A stretch of 52,339 nucleotides of DNA from a virus (taxonomy: Duplodnaviria; Caudoviricetes). The translations under genes were made by a program, and so were the position numbers. The stretch spans positions 1 to 52,339 of IMG/VR virus record IMGVR_UViG_3300014208_000056; one strand, 5' to 3'. The notes under the pieces were generated by a model. That model searched no databases, was not told where the DNA came from, and saw only the letters and a program-made list of their open reading frames with translations. Shown here one piece after another: positions 33,269 through 42,622 of the stretch (positions within the stretch are counted from its first letter, which is position 1; the number at the start of each line of letters is the position of its first letter).

Positions 33269-34702
33269 GTGGGCGTTCGTGATTGGTGGCATAGCTTCTG
33301 GTACGGCAACTCCTCTCTCCCCGCCGTCTCGAAATCCGAACGGGCCCAGGTGCTGCAGCAGGTGCGTCGTGAAGCCCTCCAGATGCTCGCCAAGAGCATC
33401 ACGCCGATGGACCTGCTCCCCTCGACGATCAAGGGGAAGCCACAGGGCAGCAAGTACTCGAAGAGTACCGTCATCACGAACGGGCTCGCGGCGTCCGTCA
33501 TCGTCTACGCCTGCACAACGCTGGTGGCTCGCACCGTCGCCTCGGTTCCGTGGCGCGTCACAGTCGGCGGCGAGGCGGCCCCTGCCGACCACCCACTCGT
33601 CGAGCTGATTGCCAAGCCGAATCCCGCGTGGACCTGGAATCAGCTCCAGCAGCACGTGATGTACAGCCTGCAGCTCTGGGGCGAGGGCTTCATGCCGAAG
33701 ATCCGCGCCCGCGCCCTCGGGCCGTCGGCGCTGTACCCGAAGAAGGGGCTCCCCGCCGAGCTTTGGATCACGAAGCCAAACCTCCTCGACCCAATCCGCG
33801 GCGACTCCAAGGTCATCAGCGGCTACCAGAAGCACGGAGACCTGAAGGGGCCGATCATCTCCCCAGAGGATCTGATTCACCCTGTCTTCGTCCACCCCGA
33901 TGACATCCACCGCGGCCTCGCCCCGCTCGAGCCTGGACAGAACGACGTCAACGTCGACGTCCAAGCCGGCGAGTGGCAGGCTCACTCCCTCGAGAACCGT
34001 GCCGTCCCCGATGGCGTGTTCAAGCCCAAGGAGTTTCTCACCGACGACCAGTTCAACGAGGCCCTCGAACACCTGCGTGAGGAGTACGCCGGGGCCGCCA
34101 ACGCTCGCCGCCCGCTTCTCCTTGGTCTCGACATGGAGTGGATCGCGATGAGCCAGACGGCGGTCGAGATGGACTTCCTCAACGGCCGGGCATACACGTC
34201 GGGGAACATTTGCACGGTCTTCGGCGTGCCCCCCGAGATGGTCGGCGCACGAGAGGCCAAGTACAAGAACTACGAGACCGCCGAGCGCGTGCTCTGGACC
34301 CAGACCGTGCTCCCGAACGTCTACATGCTGCGCGACCTCTACAACGCGCAGCTCGCCGCCGAGTTCGGCGACGACGTGGCGCTGGTCCCCGACCTCTCGG
34401 GAGTCGACGCCCTGCTGCGCATCTTCGGAGAGCGCTGGGACATCGCCGCGAAGATGATCGACAAGGGCGTGCCCGTCGCCGTCGCGAACGAGGTCCTGCG
34501 GCTCGGGCTCCCGACCTTCCCGGGGCAGCAGTTCACGGCGCCGACCCTGGCGGCCATGAAGGAGCTCTTCGCCGCGGGGGTGCCGATGAAGGTCATCAAC
34601 GGAGCGCTCGGTCTCGGGCTGCCGCCCTACCCTGGCTGGGAGGTCGGCTACCTGCCATCCTCGACGGTGACCGTCGACAGCGTGCTCGGTGGGGGGATGT
34701 GA
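33269..34702 (+). CDS. Portal protein (HK97 family)
   Basis: VYAC..ASVPW, HPL..L..PNP, LWGEGF, GLAPLE, P.GV, EMDFL..IC.VFGVPP. Confidence 0.93.
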   Translation: MGVRDWWHSFWYGNSSLPAVSKSERAQVLQQVRREALQMLAKSITPMDLLPSTIKGKPQGSKYSKSTVITNGLAASVIVYACTTLVARTVASVPWRVTVGGEAAPADHPLVELIAKPNPAWTWNQLQQHVMYSLQLWGEGFMPKIRARALGPSALYPKKGLPAELWITKPNLLDPIRGDSKVISGYQKHGDLKGPIISPEDLIHPVFVHPDDIHRGLAPLEPGQNDVNVDVQAGEWQAHSLENRAVPDGVFKPKEFLTDDQFNEALEHLREEYAGAANARRPLLLGLDMEWIAMSQTAVEMDFLNGRAYTSGNICTVFGVPPEMVGAREAKYKNYETAERVLWTQTVLPNVYMLRDLYNAQLAAEFGDDVALVPDLSGVDALLRIFGERWDIAAKMIDKGVPVAVANEVLRLGLPTFPGQQFTAPTLAAMKELFAAGVPMKVINGALGLGLPPYPGWEVGYLPSSTVTVDSVLGGGM

Positions 34703-34929
34703 TGCCGGTCTACACCATCGTGACGGCGCCCGACGATGCCGAGACCGACCTTGGCGAATGGCTGGAGGAGATCCGGAGGAATCCGCCACCTCCCATAACG
34801 GTGCAACTGCACCGTGCGCCGCCGACTGACGCCGGCCGAGAGTACATGAGGCGCATGGAAGTCGAGCGCGAGGCGGAGTGGCAGGAGGAGATGCGGCGCA
34901 CCATCGCCGCACTGCAAGAGGGGATGTGA
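34702..34929 (+). CDS. Hypothetical protein
   Basis: TGATG coupling. Confidence 0.55.
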   Translation: MPVYTIVTAPDDAETDLGEWLEEIRRNPPPPITVQLHRAPPTDAGREYMRRMEVEREAEWQEEMRRTIAALQEGM

Positions 34930-35243
34930 TGAACATGGACCAGGTCAAGCTCGAAGAGTTCGAGGCCCTCGCGAAGCGCGTGCTGCGGGCGAGCTACGAT
35001 CCGCAGGCCCGCACTTCGAACGACGAGCGCGACCTTGCGGGAGCCGTTGCCGTCTTGGCCGCCGAGCTCCGCCGCATGGCCGCCGGCCCGGCGCCACGCT
35101 CGACGCCCCCGGAGCCGGCGCTGCCCCGTGTGCCCGCTACAGTCGAGGAGGTCCTCATCGAGGCGACGCGCTTCGCCCAGACCACAGCAGAGCTGCTCGC
35201 CGTCGCGAAGTTCCGACGTGACCTCGGGGGCGGCGCCCCGTGA
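34929..35243 (+). CDS. Hypothetical protein
   Basis: TGATG coupling. Confidence 0.55.
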   Translation: MNMDQVKLEEFEALAKRVLRASYDPQARTSNDERDLAGAVAVLAAELRRMAAGPAPRSTPPEPALPRVPATVEEVLIEATRFAQTTAELLAVAKFRRDLGGGAP

Positions 35244-37126
35244 TCGCGCTTCACGTCGCCACAGTGCCCTACCTCGACTGGCTGAGCCTCAAGGCCAGGC
35301 AGCCCATCGACGGCCCAGGCGAGGCACTGGAAGCGCGAATCGATGCGCTGCTAGCCGCACAGGAGCCGCGGCTCATCCGCTGGCTAGTCGCCGAGTGGGG
35401 CGGCCAACGCGCGGACATCACCGACGCGGAGCTCGTCGCCGCCATCGACGCAGGGTCCATCCCCGCCGAATGGGCTGAACGCTTCCACCAGCGCTACTCG
35501 GACTTCGTGCTCGAGCGGATGGTGCCGGAGTGGACGCTCGCCGCGAACACGGCGGCGGCTGGCATCCGAACGGGCGTGGCTCGGCTCGGCATCGACCACG
35601 ACTGGAGCTTCCTCGAGAGCCGCATCGGCGACTTCGTCCTCGCCCGCGGTGACCGTCTCCCCGTCGACCTGACCGGCCCGCAGATGGATGCCCTTCGCGC
35701 CGTGCTGCACCACCACATCGTCGAGGACCCCATCTCCTCGCGCGAGCTCACGCGGCTGTTGAAGCCCGTCGTCGGGCTCACGGAGCAGCAGGCCGCGACG
35801 CTCGTGCGCTACCGTGCCTCGCTTGTCGAGGCGGGAACTCCTGCCTCGCGCATCGAGCGAATGGTCGAGCGCCACGCTCGCCAACTGCACACACGGCGCG
35901 CCGAGACCATCGCTCGCACAGAGATGGCCTTCGCGTACAACGGCGGCGCCAGGGCCGCAGTCGAGGATGTCGCCTCCGCCGGGGGCTTCTCCTCACCGGT
36001 GGTGCGCGTCTGGCACACCGGACGCGACGAGCGGACCTGCCCGCAGTGCGGCGCCCTGCACGAGCAGCAGGCGCAGATGGAAGGCCTCTACCCAGACGGG
36101 ACTTCGGCCCCGCCGGCACACCCCAGGTGTCGGTGCTGCGAACTGTTCGAGGTGGACCAGACCGCCCCGCCGAAGCCGGCTCCAGCCATGGATCCGACCG
36201 TTCCCGAAGAGCCCGTGGTGCCACCCAACACGCTCGACCCCAATCCCCCCGTGCTCGGCTTCGACGCCCTCCCCGACAAGGCGCCGACCATGCCGACGGC
36301 GATGTTCCGCGGGGTGGTCGACGACGAGCAGGCCCGCGTGAAGAAGGCCCTGGACTTGTCTGCGAAGGAGCAAGCGTTTCTCGACGGGATGCGACTCGGA
36401 CAGCCAGGTGACGCGGGCGTCGAGAGCGAGCTGCGCGAGAAGTTCAAGCGACTACTCTCCGGGCTTCGCGACACCTCCCGCGACTACTCGGCGGAGGCGC
36501 CGATGACGCTCGGGAAGCCGAGCGCTTCACGCTACAAGCTCTCGAATTCCGAACAGGCCGCCGTCACTGGCGCCCATGACAAGCTGCGCCAGATGATGGG
36601 CCCCGATGCGGTTGGGCATGGGACCAAGTACCAGCGCCGTGCAAAGAGAGCGCTCGCGATCCGCGGCCAGGCTAACGCCAGCTACTCGACTGGTCGGTAC
36701 GGGCCTCCGGAGGGTACGATTGGGCTGGTTGGTGGATCGCGGATCGAGGAGTTGCTGAGGCGTCTCAAGCTCAACCAGCGCGGGGTCTCAGACATCGAAG
36801 GCATCTTGTGGCACGAGATGGGGCACGACCTCGATGCGAGGAACCATCGTGCCCACCTTGCCGCCCAGGCGTTCTACAGCAGTCGCACCAAGGGCGCCGG
36901 GGTCACGAACAAGTACGGGTTTGCGAGCAAGGAAGACGATTGGTGGCACAACTACATGGGCCGGTTCTACCGCGATGATGACACCGAATTGACATCGATG
37001 GGGTTCGAGTGTCTCGCGAGTCCGGCACAGGCGCTGCTACTCTACGCACGCGACCCGGAGCACTTCGCGTTCACGCTAGCGCAGCTCCGGGGCCGATTCG
37101 GCTACTCACCGGGGAGGAACCAATGA
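35240..37126 (+). CDS. MuF (phage head morphogenesis) protein with a C-terminal HExxH metallopeptidase-like extension
   Basis: RAETIARTE..AYN..W....DERTCPQC..PPAHPRCRC; Pro-rich linker; HEMGH at 36812-36826; ELTSMGFE. Confidence 0.85.
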   Translation: MIALHVATVPYLDWLSLKARQPIDGPGEALEARIDALLAAQEPRLIRWLVAEWGGQRADITDAELVAAIDAGSIPAEWAERFHQRYSDFVLERMVPEWTLAANTAAAGIRTGVARLGIDHDWSFLESRIGDFVLARGDRLPVDLTGPQMDALRAVLHHHIVEDPISSRELTRLLKPVVGLTEQQAATLVRYRASLVEAGTPASRIERMVERHARQLHTRRAETIARTEMAFAYNGGARAAVEDVASAGGFSSPVVRVWHTGRDERTCPQCGALHEQQAQMEGLYPDGTSAPPAHPRCRCCELFEVDQTAPPKPAPAMDPTVPEEPVVPPNTLDPNPPVLGFDALPDKAPTMPTAMFRGVVDDEQARVKKALDLSAKEQAFLDGMRLGQPGDAGVESELREKFKRLLSGLRDTSRDYSAEAPMTLGKPSASRYKLSNSEQAAVTGAHDKLRQMMGPDAVGHGTKYQRRAKRALAIRGQANASYSTGRYGPPEGTIGLVGGSRIEELLRRLKLNQRGVSDIEGILWHEMGHDLDARNHRAHLAAQAFYSSRTKGAGVTNKYGFASKEDDWWHNYMGRFYRDDDTELTSMGFECLASPAQALLLYARDPEHFAFTLAQLRGRFGYSPGRNQ

Positions 37127-37458
37127 GCGGAACCGTCGACCTTGCTTGGGCAGACGGAGCGGCCGTCCACATGACCTGGGACGATGACGAGGCGCGCACG
37201 CTCACTGGCGACGAGTCCCGCGTCGCTGACGCCGCCGAGTTCCTGGCGCGGACGCGCAGCGTCTTCTTCCCGTCGGTGGGGCTCACCGTGCAGGATTGCC
37301 ACGCCGAGACCTGGGAGTTCACCGTCGCCGCCTGCACCGAGGAGTCCAGAGCGCGTTGTGGTGAGTTCACCGTCGCCGTGACCACCCCAGACGACTACGA
37401 GACCGTCGACGACCGCCTCGCCGAGGAAGCCGAGGACGGGATGATCGTTCTCTCCTGA
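37123..37458 (+). CDS. Small acidic protein, putative immunity protein
   Basis: ATGA-coupled to the MuF fusion; GGGGAGG RBS. Confidence 0.55.
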   Translation: MSGTVDLAWADGAAVHMTWDDDEARTLTGDESRVADAAEFLARTRSVFFPSVGLTVQDCHAETWEFTVAACTEESRARCGEFTVAVTTPDDYETVDDRLAEEAEDGMIVLS

Positions 37459-37610
37459 GCGCAGCGGCGCTCGCTGAGCCCGGCGCCTGTGTCCCTTCCC
37501 GCCGGGCCTCCCTCTGCACTCCCCGCCGGTGGAGTGGAAGCGCCGCAACCGGCCCCTCCTCGCTGCCCACGCGCGCCGTCGACTAGGCTCCGCGGCCCGC
37601 CACCTGGACG

Positions 37611-37679
37611 AAAAACCTCATCCTCAACTTGAGGTTTTTATGTTCAAGCTATTGACATTCCGTCGCTGTCCTTGACAAT
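37611..37679 (+). promoter_or_regulatory. Inverted repeat plus promoter-like elements upstream of the head operon
   Basis: AAAAACCTCA-N9-TGAGGTTTTT; TTGACA at 37652 and 37672; TTGACA-N16-GACAAT. Confidence 0.55.
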
Positions 37680-37722
37680 GGTGTTAGGCGGCTCTGCCGT
37701 CAGACCATGCTCGGGGGTAGCG

Positions 37723-38436
37723 ATGGCGTTCGAGTTCAAAGAGGTCCCGCTTCGGCTCAAGGCTTTCTCTCTCACGGACCGCACATTCGAGGGCTACATC
37801 AGCACCTTCGAGGAGCCAGAGAACTACGACAGCTACGGCGACATCGTGGCCCGCGGTTTCTTCGCCGCCGACCTCGTCGCGCGCGGCCCCAAGAGCGCCG
37901 ACCCGCGCATCAAGGTCCTCTTCAACCACGACTGGGACCGGCCCATCGGTCTGCCCGTCGAGATGCACGAGGACGAGCGCGGCTGCTACGCGAAGGCCTT
38001 CCTCCCGCCCGACATCCCCGACGCCGACCTCACGCTGAAGTTCATCGCCGCCGGACTGTGGGACGCCCTCTCGTTCATGTTCGAGGTGACGGAGTACGCC
38101 TTCCTCGACGACTACCCGACAACCCACGGCTACCCCGTGCGAAAGCTAATCCGTGGCAAGACCTTCGAGTTCTCGCCCGTCACCTTCCCCGCCAACGACA
38201 ACGCCCGCATCGCGAAGGCCCGAGCCGAGCGAAAGGCCGCGTGGCTGGGTACCGCCGCGCCCGAGACCAAGGAAGGCCGGGTGCTCTCCTCCAAGAACGT
38301 CGAAAGGCTGAGCCAGGCTCAGACCCTGATCGGCGAAGTCATCTCGTCGGCCTCCCCGGAGGACGGCGGCAAGGCACTCAACCAGGCGCTGACCGAGCTG
38401 CGTGACGCAGTCGACGCGCTCACCACGAGGATCTGA
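37723..38436 (+). CDS. HK97-family prohead protease
   Basis: FEGY.S.F..DSYGD..G.F, LFNHD..PIG, LSF.F, EFSPVTFPAN..ARI. Confidence 0.92.
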   Translation: MAFEFKEVPLRLKAFSLTDRTFEGYISTFEEPENYDSYGDIVARGFFAADLVARGPKSADPRIKVLFNHDWDRPIGLPVEMHEDERGCYAKAFLPPDIPDADLTLKFIAAGLWDALSFMFEVTEYAFLDDYPTTHGYPVRKLIRGKTFEFSPVTFPANDNARIAKARAERKAAWLGTAAPETKEGRVLSSKNVERLSQAQTLIGEVISSASPEDGGKALNQALTELRDAVDALTTRI

Positions 38437-38439
38437 CCA

Positions 38440-39930
38440 ATGCCCGAAGCATCCACCGGCGAACTCCTGATCGCGATCAAGTCGAAGCTCGATGAGGCCG
38501 GCGCAAAGTGGGACCGCATCTCCACCGACATGGCGCCACTGCTCAAGGAGCAGGGTGAGCTCATCAAGCAGCTCAAGGGCGAGAAGAACGACCGCCTCGC
38601 CGAGCTCGGCAAGAAGCTCGACGAGATTGGCCCCTCGTTGATCGAGGCCCAGAAGAACTACGTCGACCTGAAGAAGGCGATGGTCGAGCTCGAGAAGACC
38701 ACTCAGCGTGGCGGCGAGCGGCAGAAGAAGGCCCCACGGAGCATCGGCAAGGACTTCGTCGCCGGCGACGGCTACAAGCAGTGGAAGGACCACCACAAGA
38801 AGGAGCGGTGGTCGGCGCCGCACGAGATCAAGGGCCAGCTCTTCGAGCGCAAGGCGAGCCTCGACTGGGACGAGGACAACAACGCCGGCGCGCTGGTGGC
38901 CCCGTGGTATCGGCCCGACCCCATCCAGACCCGCAAGCGCGTCCCCATCCATCGCAAGTACCTGACCGTCATCCCCGTCGACGAGAGCAACCAGGTCAAG
39001 TTCTCGCGCGAGACCACCGAGTACGTCCTCGTTGCCCAATGCACGGCCACCGCGGCCTTGGGGCAGAAGGACGTCACCGTCGACAGCGTCGCGGGCTTCT
39101 CCACCAAGGACCACTTCAACGCCTTCACCTCCGGGGCGAACAGCGGAACCATCGCGAGCATCAGCGGCCTCGTGCTGACGATGACCGACAACCTCACGGC
39201 GCAGATCAACGTCGGCGACAAGATCGTCTGCCCGTACTTCGTGTTCATCGCCGAGGGGAACATCGCCGCCCGCTCCCTGGACGCGTGGGAAGATGGCACG
39301 GCGAACGTCGAGAAGCTCTCGGCCTACGTCAAGACCACGAACGAGCTCCTCGAGGATGCGCCCCGCACCGAGGACATGATCGACCGACGGCTCCTTTCGA
39401 AGGCTGCGCGCTGCGAGGAGAAGGCCGTCTTCTACGGCCCGACCGCGACCACCGGCCAGATCGAGGGCTTCTTCCACAACGCCTCCATCGTCGAGATCCT
39501 GTGGAGCGCCCAGAGCGCCGGGACGACCAAGCTCGACCTCCTGCAGTACGCGATCACGGTGCTCGCCCTCGCGGAGTACGCCGTCGAGGCGATCTTCCTC
39601 AACCCGAACGACCACGGCGACATCATCCGGACGAAGGGCATCGACGGCCAGTACATGTTCGCGCAGGTCATGGCGGTCGGGCTCCCGACCCGCGTCTGGG
39701 GCGCCGAGCTCGTGAGCACCGCGGCGTGCGAGTCCACCGATGCGCTCGCTGGCGAGTTCAGCGTTGCCGCGACCCTCTACGACCGGCAGGAGGCCAGCGT
39801 CCAGATCGGTGAGGTCGACGACGACTTCATCCGCGGCAAGAAGTCCATCCTCTGCACCGAGCGCGTCGCCTTCTCGGTCGACATCCCCGCGGCCGTCGTC
39901 CGGATCAAGTTCGACTCGGCCCCCGTCTGA
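38440..39930 (+). CDS. Major capsid protein (HK97 fold, N-terminal delta domain, internal insertion)
   Basis: Coiled-coil N-terminus; AGALVAP; AEG; K.SAY...NELLED; GQIEG; NP.D...KG.DGQY; ERVAF.V..PAA. Confidence 0.93.
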   Translation: MPEASTGELLIAIKSKLDEAGAKWDRISTDMAPLLKEQGELIKQLKGEKNDRLAELGKKLDEIGPSLIEAQKNYVDLKKAMVELEKTTQRGGERQKKAPRSIGKDFVAGDGYKQWKDHHKKERWSAPHEIKGQLFERKASLDWDEDNNAGALVAPWYRPDPIQTRKRVPIHRKYLTVIPVDESNQVKFSRETTEYVLVAQCTATAALGQKDVTVDSVAGFSTKDHFNAFTSGANSGTIASISGLVLTMTDNLTAQINVGDKIVCPYFVFIAEGNIAARSLDAWEDGTANVEKLSAYVKTTNELLEDAPRTEDMIDRRLLSKAARCEEKAVFYGPTATTGQIEGFFHNASIVEILWSAQSAGTTKLDLLQYAITVLALAEYAVEAIFLNPNDHGDIIRTKGIDGQYMFAQVMAVGLPTRVWGAELVSTAACESTDALAGEFSVAATLYDRQEASVQIGEVDDDFIRGKKSILCTERVAFSVDIPAAVVRIKFDSAPV

Positions 39931-39939
39931 GCGTGACCC

Positions 39940-40140
39940 ATGACCCGCGCACTCTACAAGGTGCTCTGTCGCCACGTCGGCCGTGACGGCTCGGTTCGCG
40001 AGCCGGGGGCGGTCGTCGCCCTCGAGGCTGACGAGGCGGCGGAGGCACTCGAGCGCGGGGTAGTCGCGATCTTCCAGAAGCTGCAGACCGAGCGACAACC
40101 AACGATCGAGAACAAAGCCATCTTTCCACGACGCAGGTGA
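39940..40140 (+). CDS. Small capsid-linked protein
   Basis: PG.VV.L..EA...LERGV..ENKA; usual position after the MCP. Confidence 0.6.
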   Translation: MTRALYKVLCRHVGRDGSVREPGAVVALEADEAAEALERGVVAIFQKLQTERQPTIENKAIFPRRR

Positions 40141-40145
40141 CACAC

Positions 40146-40853
40146 ATGCCGACCTACCCCGATGCACCCATCACCCTCGATGACTTCCTGGAGCAGGTCC
40201 CCGGGACCGTGATGGAGAACCCCGCATACAGCAAGGGCCCATACGGGCTCACCCCCATCTCCTACCAGGCGCTGCGCAACTTCGCCTGCACCGTGTTCGG
40301 CGGCGGCGCCGGCGGCAGCCGCGTCGAAGAGGGCCTCGTCGGCGAAGATGGCTCGTCCGGCTCGACGATCACCATCTACCGCGCCAACCTCAGCGCTGGC
40401 ATCGTGAAGGCCGCCGGACTCTACGGCCAGTTCGCGGCCCAGCCCGACGTCGTCCTCCTCGATGCCGTCGGCGCGACGGAGTGGTTGAAGAGCTACAAGC
40501 TCAACGGCGCCGCCGCCGTGGCGCTGACCGTCGACGGCAAGACCTACAACGTCGCGCTCATCGCAGTGAAGGCGACCGCTGGCGTGGTGCTCTGCGCCGT
40601 GTTCGGGGCCGAGGCCGCCGACGGTGCCGAGCTCGCCGTCACGAGCGCACAGATCCGCACCGCCCTCGACGCGGCTCTCGTTGCCACCCCAGCCGGTCCT
40701 CTCGCGGGGCTCGACACCAGCTCCTTCGTCGTCATCAACCGCGTCAAGATCCAGCAGGCTGGTGGCGTCGTCACGATGACCTGGACCAATCCGGTCACCA
40801 ACTCCGCTCTGCTCAACGAGCGGCTCGGTGGAACCCTCGGAAGCCTCACCTGA
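40146..40853 (+). CDS. Putative head decoration/structural protein A
   Basis: Ala/Gly/Val-rich beta protein; paralog of the next gene. Confidence 0.55.
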   Translation: MPTYPDAPITLDDFLEQVPGTVMENPAYSKGPYGLTPISYQALRNFACTVFGGGAGGSRVEEGLVGEDGSSGSTITIYRANLSAGIVKAAGLYGQFAAQPDVVLLDAVGATEWLKSYKLNGAAAVALTVDGKTYNVALIAVKATAGVVLCAVFGAEAADGAELAVTSAQIRTALDAALVATPAGPLAGLDTSSFVVINRVKIQQAGGVVTMTWTNPVTNSALLNERLGGTLGSLT

Positions 40854-40904
40854 CGCAACCACGGGCCGCGCTCGGCACGACCCCCTCTCGGAGCACAACA
40901 AGAC

Positions 40905-41573
40905 ATGGCCCTCAAGACTCTCTCGCAGCTCGACACGATCGCGGAGTTCATCGGCTCCCTGGCGGACAGCCTCCATGGGACCGGACCGGTCTCGAAGCAG
41001 GCGCTGGTCGACATGATGGACACGATGTTCTCGCTGTCCAACCAGGCCCGCAGCCAGGTGCAGACGGGCATGGTGTCGGCCGCCGGGACGACCCCCAACA
41101 CCATCGCGATCTACTACGCCAACCGGAGCGCTGGGAACGCGGCGGTCAAGGGCGTGTGGCTGAACTTCGCCGCGGTCACCGACCGCATCCTGCTCGGCGC
41201 TGGCGAGTGGGCGAACAGCTACACCATCGCCGGGGTGACCCCGATCCCCGCTGCCCTTCTCGCCTCCACCGACTACGCGGTCGCGTTCGTGCTCGCGCTG
41301 GTCGCCGGCGTGCCGACCGAGTTCGCGGTGTTCTCCGCCGCGGCCGCCACCGGCACCGCCGTTCCCCCGACGCCCACCCAGATCCACACGGCCCTCGCTG
41401 CGGTCGCCGACATCGACGCGACGTGCATGCTCGTCACCGGGCGCTGTGTGATCGCTCGCGACGGCGCCGGAAACGTGGTCACGACGGACACCGACCCGGC
41501 CGCAGTCAGCGCCCCCGGTTCGGCTCTCCTCACCGAGCGCATGAGCGCCGGGATTCTCGCGACCGCGGTCTGA
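40905..41573 (+). CDS. Putative head decoration/structural protein B
   Basis: Paralog of the previous gene. Confidence 0.55.
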   Translation: MALKTLSQLDTIAEFIGSLADSLHGTGPVSKQALVDMMDTMFSLSNQARSQVQTGMVSAAGTTPNTIAIYYANRSAGNAAVKGVWLNFAAVTDRILLGAGEWANSYTIAGVTPIPAALLASTDYAVAFVLALVAGVPTEFAVFSAAAATGTAVPPTPTQIHTALAAVADIDATCMLVTGRCVIARDGAGNVVTTDTDPAAVSAPGSALLTERMSAGILATAV

Positions 41574-41598
41574 TCCATCCTCTCCCGACATTCCCCTC

Positions 41599-41625
41599 GG
41601 GGGCGGGCCTCCCCCGCCCCCTTTT
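41599..41625 (+). terminator. Rho-independent terminator
   Basis: GGGGGCGGG-CCTCC-CCCGCCCCC-TTTT. Confidence 0.75.
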
Positions 41626-41637
41626 GGTATCGGTATC

Positions 41638-42021
41638 ATGGCAACGGTGGTGGACACTCTGACCTGGGCGGCCGTGAGCACGGCGCTGAAGGCGCACCTG
41701 AGCGTCACCGGGACGTCAGAGGACACGACCCTTGCTATGCTGCTCGACGCAGCATGCCTCGCCGCTGACGCCTTCCTCGGCTCGGAAGCGTTCCTCGACG
41801 ACGACGGCCTCGACATCACGATCCCCGGCTCCGTCTACATCGGGGTCTACGAGTGGGTCCGCATGGCCCGCGCCGAGTATCAGCGGGGGGCCGCCCCAGA
41901 GGTCACGAGCACCAGCACCGGCGACTTCTCGGAGACCAGGGCGCGGGCGACGAGCTCATCGAGCTTCACGCGGGCCGTCAAGCACTACTGGCAACCGAGC
42001 CGCAAGGGGGTGTGGAGATGA
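41638..42021 (+). CDS. Head-tail adaptor (gp6-like)
   Basis: LKAHL.V..ED..L..LLDAA...ADAFLG..IP; S.S.GD.S. Confidence 0.75.
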   Translation: MATVVDTLTWAAVSTALKAHLSVTGTSEDTTLAMLLDAACLAADAFLGSEAFLDDDGLDITIPGSVYIGVYEWVRMARAEYQRGAAPEVTSTSTGDFSETRARATSSSSFTRAVKHYWQPSRKGVWR

Positions 42022-42182
42022 GCAGCCTCAAGATTCGCAATGGAGACCGCCCGACCGGCAAGGTTCAGACGCGACGCAAGCGCCAGGCGCTTCGACACAA
42101 GATCGAGGAGTGGCTCAAGTCGCGCCGTGCCGCAGAGCGCGCCGCTGCTGAGGCCGCCAGGACGGAGGAGCCAGCGAAGTGA
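42018..42182 (+). CDS. Small basic hypothetical protein
   Basis: Overlap-coupled on both sides. Confidence 0.45.
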   Translation: MSSLKIRNGDRPTGKVQTRRKRQALRHKIEEWLKSRRAAERAAAEAARTEEPAK

Positions 42183-42622
42183 GCCGCGTCCAGACCGATA
42201 GCGATCCCAACTTCGGGAGCTTGCGCCGCGCCATTCGTGCGTTCGACGGCCGCGAGCTGACCGCGGGGATCTACGCCGGCGAAATCGCGACCTACGCCGC
42301 GGCCAACGAGTTCGGCACCGAGCACACCCCAGCCAGGCCATTCTTCTCGAGCGCGATGGACAACAACGGCGACAAGCACCTGCGCATCATCGGTGAGCAG
42401 GCCGGCCGTGTGCTCGGTGGCGAGACGAGCGCCGACGCCGCGCTCGCCGCGCTCGGGGTCGAGGTTCGGAACGACATCATCCGCAGCATCGACGAGGGGC
42501 CATGGGAGGCCAATGCCGAGAGCACGGTGCGGCGCAAGAAGTCCTCGAGGCCCCTCTTCGACACCGGCGCCATGAAGCGCGCCGTCACGTTCCGTGTCGG
42601 CCGCGCGGGAGGCGCTGAGTAA
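42179..42622 (+). CDS. Neck / tail-completion protein
   Basis: A.NEFGT..PARPF..NAEST.RRK.SSRPL.DTG.M..AV. Confidence 0.75.
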   Translation: MSRVQTDSDPNFGSLRRAIRAFDGRELTAGIYAGEIATYAAANEFGTEHTPARPFFSSAMDNNGDKHLRIIGEQAGRVLGGETSADAALAALGVEVRNDIIRSIDEGPWEANAESTVRRKKSSRPLFDTGAMKRAVTFRVGRAGGAE

